From the NCBI GenBank assembly GCA_042219525.1, contig JBDGPU010000017.1, positions 2,241 through 66,240 of the forward strand: a DNA stretch of 64,000 bases, given 5' to 3'. Position 1 is the stretch's first letter. Each line of letters begins with the position of its first letter. The DNA comes from Halopenitus sp. (GTDB taxonomy: Archaea; Halobacteriota; Halobacteria; Halobacteriales; Haloferacaceae). The position numbers were made by a program, and so were the translations under genes. Positions 1 to 8,363 of the stretch are shown piece by piece. The notes below the pieces were generated by a model. The model was not told the origin of the DNA. It worked only from the letters and a program-made list of their open reading frames with translations, and did no database searches.

Positions 1-75
1 CCGGCCTGCCAGGGCCGCTTCGACGCGACGGTGCGTATCGCGATCGGCTGTCAGGAGGACGACGCGTCGTGTCAT
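1..75 (-). CDS. 5' end of an unidentified gene running off the left edge (MTRRVVLLTADRDTHRRVEAALAGR...)
   Basis: ATG at 75-73 on the minus strand, open to position 1 with GC-rich third positions. Too short to identify. Confidence 0.25.
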   Translation of the reverse strand, partial: MTRRVVLLTADRDTHRRVEAALAGR

Positions 76-345
76 CGGTGTATCTCATCAAAGAGCGCGT
101 ACCGGTATAATGCTGCCAGAAGGTTGCGGTGCGTTCACTCCGTTTAGATAGTTTATCGGACCGTTTGCAGGCTCATTCCGGTGGCTGGGCGCCGAATCCA
201 ATTCCGCTGACGATCTCCCGTGGTCGTCGTGCCGGCATCGATTATCAACGGTGATGCCGGTCGAAGCGACGGGCGTCAGCCGACGCTCGGGCCAATGCCT
301 CGCCGGAGACGACACGCACAAACGTCGGGGGAACCCATAACGAGT

Positions 346-999
346 ATGCCAGAAATTCCGCTCGAACACGTTCACGTCGCCCCCGAAGACGCAACTGGCG
401 GCGAGCCCGCCGTCTTCGTGTTGCACGGTCGCGGTGCCGACGAGGAGGACCTGCTGCCGGTTGCGCGCGAACTGCCCGACGACCTCCACGTCGTCAGCTT
501 CCGCGCGCCCGACCGCCTGCAGGGCGGTTACACGTGGTACGAACTCGACCTCTCCGGTGGCGGACTCCACCAGAGCCAGCCGGACACCGAGGACTTCCGC
601 CGGAGCCTCGACCTCGTCTCCGAGAGTGTCGACGCCGCCGTCGAGAAGTACGACCTCGACGCCGACAACCTCGGACTGCTCGGCTTCAGCCAGGGGGCGA
701 TCACGAGCCTCGGCCTCCTGCTCGAGAACCCCGACCGCTACGCCTGGACCGTCGCGCTCCACGGCTACCTCGCTGACCTCCACAGCGACCTGGCACCCGA
801 AGGCATCGAGGACAAGCCGGTCTTCGTCGGCGCTGGGACCGGCGACCGCGTGATCCCCATCGACCGCGCGGAAGCGGCCGCCGAGCGACTCCGCGAAGTC
901 GGCGCCGACGTCACCTACGAGACGTACGAGGCGGGCCACGGGATCGGGCCGGACGAACTCAGCGACGTCGTCGCGTTCGTCCAGTCACAGATCGAGTAG
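346..999 (+). CDS. alpha/beta hydrolase, phospholipase/carboxylesterase family
   Basis: Track ORF 220..999. The HGRGADEEDL, GFSQGA nucleophile elbow and C-terminal GHGI motifs are typical of the family. The internal ATG at 346 (MPEIPLEH) is the likely start. Confidence 0.8.
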   Translation: MPEIPLEHVHVAPEDATGGEPAVFVLHGRGADEEDLLPVARELPDDLHVVSFRAPDRLQGGYTWYELDLSGGGLHQSQPDTEDFRRSLDLVSESVDAAVEKYDLDADNLGLLGFSQGAITSLGLLLENPDRYAWTVALHGYLADLHSDLAPEGIEDKPVFVGAGTGDRVIPIDRAEAAAERLREVGADVTYETYEAGHGIGPDELSDVVAFVQSQIE

Positions 1000-1048
1000 T
1001 CAATTGACCGGCGAGCGGCGTTCTAAGAGCTGAACACAGACTGTCGAG

Positions 1049-2302
1049 TCAGTCAGTCTGCTCGTCGACCCACTCAGGTCTCGGCGGGGGCGGAACCTCG
1101 TCGATCTTGCTGTACTTGACCTCGATGCGCACCGGTTCGCCGGTCGGCACGTGCGTGTACTCCACCCACAGCCGGATCAGGCGCCCGTCGGGAGTGATCG
1201 TGGCGACCGCGCGGAAGTTGGTAACCTCGTCCCGGTACCCCTCTGGGTCGCCAGCGGCGGTTATCCGGTGAACGGTCACGCCGGATTGCCGGACCGTCTC
1301 GACGCTCGTTTCGTTGGCCTTGAGCGCTCCCAGGTAGATCCGATTGACGAAGGCCTCGACGGCGACGACGATGGACCGGCCCGAAAGCGGCGTTTGTGAG
1401 TAGCTCGAATCGTTCTCCGTTTCGACCAGCCGGTGTCGGGTGCTCCCATCGGCCCAGTACCGAACCGTTCGGTTGGCCCGGCTCCCGTTCTGGAGTTCGA
1501 CCACCTGAAAGGTCGTGTTGAAGCGGGTCGACGAGTGGAAGTAGCCGGTTACCCTGTGCTGGACGATTCCCGGTAACGTCGTGGTGTTTCCGGGGCCGCG
1601 ATAGAACGTCTCGACCCGTCGCTCGCGGTTCTCGATGGCGGTCCGATGAGCTGCCGCTAACTCGCTCGCGTTCTGGACGCCGGCGCCGTCGAGTCCGGCG
1701 GGATAGGCATCCGTCGACTCGTCCGTCGCCGTCGACACCGACGAACCAGCGGACTCGGTGGGGGTCTGGTCCGCCGGCTCCGGGGTCGGGAACTCCTCGG
1801 TTCGCTCCTCTGCGAAGGGCCCGCCGACGCCGGAGATGGCGACCACCGCGCCGACGGCGACGACGATGGCCACCAGCACGACGACCCGTGAGTAGTCGGG
1901 GCCCGAATCGGGCGCGCTCGGCGGGACGGTCAGCTCCGTGTCGAGGTACTCACGGGCGATCCGGTTGCCGTCCTCGCGGTCGACGCCGTAGAGCAACTGC
2001 TCGTGGATGTCCGCAGGCCTCAGCAGCTCCGCGTCCATCGAGGTCGTGACTGACTCCGCGCGGCCGGTGAGGGGGCCGGTCGCGACGAGGACGTCCGCGT
2101 CGGGCGGGGAACGCGCGAGCGGTCCGACGACCCCGATGGTGACGGTTTCGCCATTGCGCTCCGCGACGATAACTTCGGCTTCGTCGTCGACGTGGGTGTC
2201 GAAGCCACGCGCTTCCCAGAGGTCGGCGAGGAGGGCGCGTTTGGTCGCAGCCCACTGCCAGCGGAACTTTCGAGCAAACGTCGACGCCGAGAGCGGGGGC
2301 AC
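1049..2302 (-). CDS. hypothetical single-pass membrane protein; the N-terminal cytoplasmic domain weakly resembles the Mrr/restriction-endonuclease fold, and the C-terminal domain is large and extracellular
   Basis: C-terminal two thirds of track ORF 1049..2743. One TM segment (VVVLVAIVVAVGAVVAISGV). The upstream part of the ORF overlaps the better plus-strand gene at 2436, so I chose the GTG at 2302. The start is uncertain. Confidence 0.55.
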   Translation of the reverse strand: MPPLSASTFARKFRWQWAATKRALLADLWEARGFDTHVDDEAEVIVAERNGETVTIGVVGPLARSPPDADVLVATGPLTGRAESVTTSMDAELLRPADIHEQLLYGVDREDGNRIAREYLDTELTVPPSAPDSGPDYSRVVVLVAIVVAVGAVVAISGVGGPFAEERTEEFPTPEPADQTPTESAGSSVSTATDESTDAYPAGLDGAGVQNASELAAAHRTAIENRERRVETFYRGPGNTTTLPGIVQHRVTGYFHSSTRFNTTFQVVELQNGSRANRTVRYWADGSTRHRLVETENDSSYSQTPLSGRSIVVAVEAFVNRIYLGALKANETSVETVRQSGVTVHRITAAGDPEGYRDEVTNFRAVATITPDGRLIRLWVEYTHVPTGEPVRIEVKYSKIDEVPPPPRPEWVDEQTD

Positions 2303-2435
2303 ACCCGATGCGACGGACTGCGGATAAACAAGTGTTCCCCCACTGTGGGGGATCCCGGCTTCGGATTCGGCGATTCCGGCCTTCGGATTCGACAGTTCCG
2401 GCAGGTTGAAACGCGCGCGACCGTAACCGCCATCT

Positions 2436-2810
2436 ATGAGCGCTGAACAGCTGACCATCGAGGACCTCGGTCGGCAGCTCGGCGAGCGGATCGCTGAGAC
2501 GCCGGAATACCAGCGGTTCGAATCGGCCCAGGAAGCCGTCGAAAACGACGAGGACGTCCAGGAGCAGATCGCGGAGTTCGAGCAGCTCCGTGAGGAGTTC
2601 ATGACAGCTCGCCAGTCCGGGCAGGCGACCCAGTCGGACCTCCACCGCGTGCAGAACGCCCAGGAGGAGCTCCACTCCATCCCCGTGATGGAGGAGTTCC
2701 TCGAAGCGCAGGCGGAGCTGGAGGAGTCGCTCGAAGCCGTCAACGAGGCGATCTCCGAACCCCTCGCCGTCGACTTCGGCGGCGAGGCCGGCGGCTGCTG
2801 TCAGAACTGA
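2436..2810 (+). CDS. YlbF/YmcA-like small helical regulator, C-terminus GGCCQN
   Basis: 124 aa, acidic and helical, with the pattern EYQRFE..A...DE..QE.I.EFEQLR.EF seen in the YlbF family. Good GC3 bias. Confidence 0.6.
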   Translation: MSAEQLTIEDLGRQLGERIAETPEYQRFESAQEAVENDEDVQEQIAEFEQLREEFMTARQSGQATQSDLHRVQNAQEELHSIPVMEEFLEAQAELEESLEAVNEAISEPLAVDFGGEAGGCCQN

Positions 2811-2951
2811 ACACACCACGTTTCCGGAGGCCGACGACCGCGTCGGCGGTCTCTCACGTCGACTCGTTCGACTCCACTTTTCCACGATGCCGACTACCGA
2901 GTCGCGTCGCCCCCGACGTACCCTTTTCACCGATAACGCGCCAGAGGACGT

Positions 2952-3677
2952 ATGCTCGCTATCGCCGGGGGCAAGGGTGGCTGCGGAAAGACGATGACAG
3001 CGCTCGGTGTCGGCGCCGCGCTGCCCGGCCGACCTCTCGCCGTCGACGCCGACTGGGATCTCCCGAACCTCCATCGGCTCGCGGCGGTGTACCGGGATCG
3101 GGACGAGGACGGAAACCAGAGGCAGGACGCGCGCGTCTCCAGTTGCTCTGCAACTCCGGCTATCGACACGGAACCCGTACGAATCGAGCGGCTCGGTGGA
3201 TTGACTATCGTCCCGGCCCCGGAGACACGGAGCGAGTGCGATGTCGCCGACTGGTTAGCGCGAATCCGCGGGGTCGAGATCGGCGCGTGCGGGAAAGGCG
3301 ACGGAGGGGAAATCGACTGCGGGCACGTCGACAGCGGGCAGATCGTCGTCGACTGTCCGGCCGGCGCGAGTCCCGATGCGACGGCGCCGCTATCGGTCGC
3401 GGACGCGACGCTGCTCGTGACGACGCCACAGCCGGCAGCGATACGCGACACGATGAAGACGGCCGCGATGGCGCGCACGCTGGATGCGCCCCCGGTCGGG
3501 ACGGTCGTCTGCGGCGCCGACTCACCGCCTGACGGCATTCAGGCCGCGCTGGACGCGCCTGTCGTCGGCTGTATTCCAACTGCGGACCCGCCCGTGCTGG
3601 ATCAGTCCGGTGTCGCGTCCGCATACCATGCGGTCGCGAAGGAAGTCACTCAGATCCGCCGCAGCCCAGACTGCTGA
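2952..3677 (+). CDS. MinD/ParA-family P-loop ATPase
   Basis: Deviant Walker A AGGKGGCGKT at the N-terminus, DADWD Walker A'-like motif, and size of 241 aa. Confidence 0.8.
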   Translation: MLAIAGGKGGCGKTMTALGVGAALPGRPLAVDADWDLPNLHRLAAVYRDRDEDGNQRQDARVSSCSATPAIDTEPVRIERLGGLTIVPAPETRSECDVADWLARIRGVEIGACGKGDGGEIDCGHVDSGQIVVDCPAGASPDATAPLSVADATLLVTTPQPAAIRDTMKTAAMARTLDAPPVGTVVCGADSPPDGIQAALDAPVVGCIPTADPPVLDQSGVASAYHAVAKEVTQIRRSPDC

Positions 3678-3722
3678 TTGTCGGCGGCCGGCAGCGTGTT
3701 CTGGGTGACGCTGGAAAGCCGG

Positions 3723-4430
3723 ATGTCAGACGAAAGCGGTGGATCCGGGGCCCTCGCCACCCTTCGCGCCGATAAACAATTAACCCTGGAGGACTTTTTC
3801 TTGTGCATGAAACGGCTTCCGACCGGGATCAACGTTCTCGACCGCCAGCTAGGCGGTGGGATCCCGGCCGGGAGTATCGTCACGCTGACGGCCGACCCTG
3901 CGAGCCAGTCGGAACTGTTCCTCTACGAGATCACCTCGGCCCGCGGAACGCTGTACCTGACGTCGATCCGCTCGGAGCAGGCGGTGCGTGACGGGATGGA
4001 GAAGACGAAGACGCGCGTCGGGTCGCCGACCGTCCGCGACGTCGGCGGCGACGCCGCGCTCGATCAAGCGAACAGCCTGGTGTCAACGCTCCCGGAGGAG
4101 GCGAACCTCATCATCGACGTGCTCGACCCCCTCGAACGGTCGGAGCACTCCCGCTACCGCCGGTTCCTCAACGAACTGCAGACGCACATGGTCAACACCG
4201 GCGGGATTGCGGTATTGCACGCCCTGAAAGGCCAGATGATCCCCGAGAACCGGGACATGACCAAGAACGTCTCGGACGTCGTTTTCGACCTCAGAACGAC
4301 GATCACTGCAAACGAGGTCGAGAACCGCCTCGCGGTTCCGAAGTTCCGCGGTGGTGCTGCCCTGGAGGAGCCGGTGAAGCTGCAGCTAGCCGACTCCGTC
4401 ACCATCGATACGAGTCGGGATATCGCGTAA
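3723..4430 (+). CDS. KaiC/RadA-like RecA-fold protein with a degenerate P-loop (predicted pseudo-ATPase)
   Basis: LDRQLGGGIPAGSIVTLTADPASQSELFL matches the KaiC-type LD..LGGGIP.GS lead-in, but the GxxGxGK[ST] position reads DPASQSE. LIIDVLD is Walker-B-like. ATG at 3723 within track ORF 3678..4430. Confidence 0.7.
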   Translation: MSDESGGSGALATLRADKQLTLEDFFLCMKRLPTGINVLDRQLGGGIPAGSIVTLTADPASQSELFLYEITSARGTLYLTSIRSEQAVRDGMEKTKTRVGSPTVRDVGGDAALDQANSLVSTLPEEANLIIDVLDPLERSEHSRYRRFLNELQTHMVNTGGIAVLHALKGQMIPENRDMTKNVSDVVFDLRTTITANEVENRLAVPKFRGGAALEEPVKLQLADSVTIDTSRDIA

Positions 4431-4595
4431 GGACGTACCTGATTGTTTTCACTTCTCTGCGTGAAGCTGGAGTGCCAGTGGTCGCCTTTGCTTATAAATC
4501 AGCTAGTCCAGGCGCTATCGTTTTCGAGATTAAAATCTGAAAAGTTCTCTACCCTGTCATTTATAAAACGGACAGGTGCAGACATTGCTGCACTT

Positions 4596-5436
4596 CTCAG
4601 CACCGCGAACCCCCAGAAAGCCCTCGGCCGCTCGCGGTCGCTGTCCTCGAAAATCGGAGATTTTCGGGCTCCGAGAAATCTTCGATTTCTCGCGAAGCGA
4701 CATATCCGCGCCTCTCCGCACCGCCCGGCGCGGATAGAGGTCGGCTCAGCGACTCCCCTTCGGCGCGACCACTGGAAGACGGTCCGGGCGTTCCGTTGCG
4801 TCTCTCCGCACCGCCCGACGGACGGGTCCGGGCTGCGACTTCCATGGTCTCGTTCGCTTCGTCGCCGGCGCGCTGGAAGCGCGCCGGCTGCCCGAGGGAC
4901 CTCCGGTCCCTCGCCGCTCACGAGAGCGGCCATCGCCCTTTCAGTCCGCCAGGACCGCGATAGCGACAGCAACCGCGACGGCACCGCGACCGCGACAGCA
5001 CAGCAACCGCAATGCCTCAGTCCTCCCCAGCCTCGGTCGGGGCGGGCCGGCATCGCACTGCTCGGCGCGCCCCGCCCTCCCTCGCACGCGTTGCTCGCGC
5101 GCGCCAACCGCTCCGCAACGCACGCCGGGAAGCCGGCGAGCGACGACCGCCGAAGAACCGCCGCGAGCGACGCCCGGCCACCACTCGCGGGTGGGACTGA
5201 AAGGGGCAGCCGCTGAGCGGGACGCCCTGCGACGCTAGCACCGCAATCCCGGCGAGCGACCGAACGGAGTGAGGGAGCGAGGCGGGTGAGGAGCGCAGCG
5301 AGCAGCGCGACCGCCTCAGCGGCTGGGGCTTTCTGGGCATGCTGAGTGGTGTCGCAAGCGACGACAACCAAACGTACCACGCAGAAAGCGACCGTCTCAA
5401 CGGCTGGGGCTTTCTGGGCATGCTGAGTGGTGTCGC
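4596..5436. repeat. copy A of a dispersed non-coding, palindrome-rich, MITE-like element; its right end carries two 36-nt direct repeats
   Basis: Segment 5090-5436 aligns by eye with 25900-26266. The 36-mer cggctggggctttctgggcatgctgagtggtgtcgc sits at 5320-5355 and 5401-5436. The left end, ctcagcaccgcgaacccccagaaagccc, is an imperfect inverted copy of the right end. Indels between the two copies are not multiples of 3. Confidence 0.6.
4648..4930. other. cluster of at least six perfect stem-loops inside repeat copy A
   Basis: Stems with 3-16 nt loops: cgaaaatc/gattttcg (4648-4666), cgagaaatc/gatttctcg (4672-4692), tatccgcgc/gcgcggata (4703-4736), gccggcgcgc/gcgcgccggc (4864-4888), gagggacc/ggtccctc (4894-4912), gccgctc/gagcggc (4913-4930). 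Confidence 0.75.
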
Positions 5437-5553
5437 TCGCGACGATAATCGATAACCCGAAAAAGAGCGAGTTATCTGCGACTCGGAATTTCCGAGTTAC
5501 ACGCTATATAACGAATACCGCGAAACCGAGAATTCCGTCGTCTGAAACTGCTC

Positions 5554-6702
5554 CTACAGAAGGTCGGCGTCGACAAGCCGTTCGACGGCCTCACGCAGGC
5601 GCTCCTCGCTGGCCGCGTACGAGATTCGCGCGAACCCATCTGCGTTGAACGCCGAGCCGGGGACGCAGGCGACGTGGGCCTGCTCGATGGCCGCCTCACA
5701 CCAGGCCTGGTCGTCGTCGTCGACGGGGAGCATCATGTAGAAGGCGCCGTCGGGGACGGCGACGTCGACGCCGTGGTCCGCGAGGAGGTCGACGAGCAGG
5801 TCGCGGCGCTCCGCGAAGGCGTCGCGCATCTCCGTGACGGCCTCGTCCGTGTTCTCTAAGGCCTCGACGCCCGCGTGCTGGACGAAGTTCGTCGCGCAGG
5901 AGACGGAGTGGGAGTGAAGCTTGCCCGCCTCACCGACGAACTCCTCGGTCGCGTGCAGGTAGCCGAGCCGCCAGCCGGTCATCGAGAACGCCTTCGAGAA
6001 GCCGTTGATCGTGATGGTGCGGTCGGCCATGCCGTCGAGGCTCGCGAGGGACGTCGGGTCCTCGCCGTAGGTGATCCGCTCGTAGATCTCGTCGGAGATG
6101 ACGGAGAGGTCGTGCTCGACGGCGAGGTCGCGGACGCCCTCGAGCGCGTCGTCCGAGAAGACCGCGCCGGTCGGGTTCGACGGCGAGTTGACGACGAGCA
6201 GCTCGGTATCGTCCGAAACCGCGTCGCCCAGTTCCTCGAGGGCCGGCTCCAGCTGGAAGTCGTGGGGCGCCAGGTCGACGCGAGTGAGGTCCCCGCCGGC
6301 GAGCTTCACCATCGCCTCGTAGGAGACCCACGCGGGGTCGAGGAGGACGACCTCGTCGCCGTCGTCGACGACGGTCTGGACGGTTTCGTACAGCGCCTGC
6401 TTGCCGCCGGGGGTGACGATGACCTCGTCGGCCGCGGCGTCGATGCCGTTGCCCCGGAGCTTCTCCGCGATGGCGTCCTTGAGCGCCGGGATGCCGTTCG
6501 AGGAGGTGTAGCCGGTGTGGCCCGCGTCGAGGGCGTCCTTCCCGGCCTCGACGACATTGTCGGGCGTCGGGAAGTCCGGTTCGCCGACGGAGAGGTCGAC
6601 GATGTCGGCGCCCTCGGCCTCCTTCTCGGCGGCGAGGTTGGAGATGGCCAGCGTTGCGCTCGGTTCGACTCGTTGAATGCGGTCTGAGAACTCGTACGTC
6701 AT
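5554..6702 (-). CDS. pyridoxal-phosphate-dependent class I aminotransferase (aspartate aminotransferase-like)
   Basis: 382 aa with VGEPDFPTP, NPTG and SKAFSMTGWRLGY (PLP lysine) motifs. Confidence 0.9.
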   Translation of the reverse strand: MTYEFSDRIQRVEPSATLAISNLAAEKEAEGADIVDLSVGEPDFPTPDNVVEAGKDALDAGHTGYTSSNGIPALKDAIAEKLRGNGIDAAADEVIVTPGGKQALYETVQTVVDDGDEVVLLDPAWVSYEAMVKLAGGDLTRVDLAPHDFQLEPALEELGDAVSDDTELLVVNSPSNPTGAVFSDDALEGVRDLAVEHDLSVISDEIYERITYGEDPTSLASLDGMADRTITINGFSKAFSMTGWRLGYLHATEEFVGEAGKLHSHSVSCATNFVQHAGVEALENTDEAVTEMRDAFAERRDLLVDLLADHGVDVAVPDGAFYMMLPVDDDDQAWCEAAIEQAHVACVPGSAFNADGFARISYAASEERLREAVERLVDADLL

Positions 6703-7100
6703 AGGGTTTCTACCAGATCGATCGCGGCGTGAACGGCTTCCGCGCCCTTGTCGATGCGCTCGCGCGCCTCGGCTCCCGACATCCCCGGGCCACTCACGCC
6801 GAAGGTGACCGGGGTGTCGCGGTCCAGGCTGATCTCGGTCAGGGAATCAGCGGTCGACTGCGCGATTACCTGGTCGTGGTCGGTATCGCCGGTGACGATG
6901 GCTCCGAGCACGGCGACCGCGTCGACGTCCTCGCGGCGAGCCAACCGGTCCGCCGCCAGCGGGCTGTCGTACACGCCCGGCACCTGCTGCTCGACGGCGA
7001 CCTCGGCGTCCCGTTCCGCGGCGGCATCGCGGCCCGCCTCGGCCATCGGTTCCGTCACCGATTCGTTGAACTCCGCGACCACCAGTCCCAGCGTAACCAT
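6699..7100 (-). CDS. ribH: 6,7-dimethyl-8-ribityllumazine synthase (archaeal type)
   Basis: 133 aa with LGLVVAEFN, VPG..D.P and AV..LG.V..G.T.H motifs. ATGA overlap with the downstream aminotransferase. Confidence 0.85.
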   Translation of the reverse strand: MVTLGLVVAEFNESVTEPMAEAGRDAAAERDAEVAVEQQVPGVYDSPLAADRLARREDVDAVAVLGAIVTGDTDHDQVIAQSTADSLTEISLDRDTPVTFGVSGPGMSGAEARERIDKGAEAVHAAIDLVETL

Positions 7101-7278
7101 ATCGGATCGTTCGGTGGGTTAGGCAAAGAAGTACCGTTCACAGGCGAACGTTGGCGGGACCGGAACGCCGGCTGAGCAAGGTTGGAGCAGGGACCAAGCC
7201 GCAGGAACCGCGTTGCTGACGGCTGCAGCGCTGACCGGCCCCGACGCGCCTTTATCCCTCCACATCCTACGTGAGCGC

Positions 7279-7809
7279 ATGACGACGACTGAAACCGCGA
7301 CGTTCGGCGGCGGATGTTTCTGGTGTGTCGAGGCGGCCTTGGAGGAGGTCCCCGGCGTCCTCGACGCCACCTCCGGCTACGCCGCGGGCCACGTCGAGGA
7401 CCCGACCTATCAGCAGGTCTGCACCGGCAACACCGGCCACGCGGAGGTCGTGCAGATCGAGTACGACCCCGACGAGGTCGCGTACTCCGACCTGCTGAAG
7501 GTGTTCTTTACTGTCCACGACCCGACGACGCTGAATCGGGAGGGACCGGACGTCGGCTCGCAGTACCGGTCGATCATCTGCACTCACGACGAGGAACAGC
7601 AGCGGATCGCGGAGGAGTACATCGAGGAGCTGGAGGCGGAGGCCGTCTACGAGGACGACATCGTCACCGAGGTCGAGGAGATCGAGACGTTCTACCGCGC
7701 GGAGGAGAAGCACCAGAACTACTACGAGAAGAACCCCGGCGACGCCTACTGCACGTTCAACGCCGACCCGAAGATCGAGAAAGTTCGCCAGAAGTTCGCC
7801 ACGCAGTGA
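7279..7809 (+). CDS. msrA: peptide-methionine (S)-S-oxide reductase
   Basis: GGGCFWCVEA active-site motif, GHAEVV, and NYYEKNP near the C-terminus. ATG at 7279 within track ORF 7213..7809. Confidence 0.9.
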   Translation: MTTTETATFGGGCFWCVEAALEEVPGVLDATSGYAAGHVEDPTYQQVCTGNTGHAEVVQIEYDPDEVAYSDLLKVFFTVHDPTTLNREGPDVGSQYRSIICTHDEEQQRIAEEYIEELEAEAVYEDDIVTEVEEIETFYRAEEKHQNYYEKNPGDAYCTFNADPKIEKVRQKFATQ

Positions 7810-8012
7810 CGTCGCAGTAACGGAAACGATCGGACGACGGCTTCCAGCCACGGTCGTCGCGGGTGAACCCTCCACCGAACGTCTCTCGAATCAATCACGT
7901 CCCTCACTAGAGAGTTCCCAATCAAACCACTAGAGGGCGGTAGATTCACGCGGAATCACGGAACGTGTCGGCCCAAAACCATACTTATGGTGAATTCGTA
8001 TGGTGTGTTGAC

Positions 8013-8168
8013 ATGCCGGAATGCAGCAACTGTGGTTCGTTCGTGACGGAGCGGTACGTACGAGTGTTCGCGCCACCCGGCTTCGAGAACGTTCGGGTCT
8101 GCCCCGGGTGTGAGGACAAGGTCCGGGACGGCGCCAGCGTCCGGGAGGCACGATCGAAGCGCGTCTAG
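8013..8168 (+). CDS. small zinc-ribbon protein (CxxC...CxxC)
   Basis: MPECSNCGSFVTERYVRVFAP...VCPGCEDK, the pattern of haloarchaeal small CPxCG-type proteins. ATG at 8013. Confidence 0.5.
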   Translation: MPECSNCGSFVTERYVRVFAPPGFENVRVCPGCEDKVRDGASVREARSKRV

Positions 8169-8363
8169 ACGACCGACCGCGACGACGCATCGTTCGCTGG
8201 GGTGGGACCTCGAACCACGGGCTGATTCTCGGCCCGACTTTTCCCGACAACGGATTCGAACAGCGGTGCGTCCACCGTTGCCAGCGAGCGCGATCGCAGG
8301 TCGTCGGGGCGGCACGCGGGCGATGAAAGGAGACTTTTATGCGCCGGCACGTTAGCGCCAGCG

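Noticed and set aside
88-939. A 283-aa minus-strand ORF opposite the alpha/beta hydrolase. Similar long antisense or alternate-frame ORFs occur elsewhere (e.g. 5875..6687, 9753..11099, 11066..12328, 16583..18364, 19315..20529, 20628..21953, 37645..38736, 47856..48971, 49329..50882, 62724..63551).
   Set aside because: This is the typical high-G+C shadow-ORF artefact. Each lies opposite or out of frame with a gene that has clear family motifs. Their products are Arg/Gly/Val/Asp-rich low-complexity sequence with no recognisable domains.
2303-2743. The N-terminal 147 codons of track ORF 1049..2743.
   Set aside because: They are Ser/Trp/Cys-rich, unlike haloarchaeal proteins, and they overlap the better-supported plus-strand YlbF-like gene. 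The start was moved to GTG 2302, with low certainty.
4441-4600. An AT-rich stretch with small inverted repeats (cctgtc...gacagg around tttataaaac; tgcag...ctgca), considered as a replication origin or ORB cluster.
   Set aside because: There is no ORB-like consensus with a G-string, no repeated ORB copies and no adjacent orc1/cdc6 gene. It is more likely a promoter or terminator region, or the outer part of the repeat element.
4443-5421. Long track ORFs (4443..5216 +, 4499..5380 -, 5017..5421 -) that cover the 1.1 kb gap.
   Set aside because: Their compositions are Arg/Ala/Ser/Pro-rich and non-acidic, unlike the rest of the proteome. They run through repeat DNA whose two genomic copies differ by non-triplet indels. 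They overlap each other on both strands.
5320-5436. The 36-nt direct repeats separated by 45-nt (and at 26153-26266 by 42-nt) unique spacers look like a mini-CRISPR array.
   Set aside because: There are only two repeats per locus. The flanking sequence on the left is also conserved between the two loci, so the repeats are part of a larger dispersed element. The repeat does not resemble haloarchaeal type I-B repeats, and no cas genes or leader are present in the window.
8190-8275. tRNA-like fragments (ggattcgaac at about 8252; gggacctcgaacc at about 8203).
   Set aside because: I could not build complementary T-stem, acceptor or anticodon arms around either motif on either strand, so these are probably chance matches. 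tRNAscan-SE would settle it.
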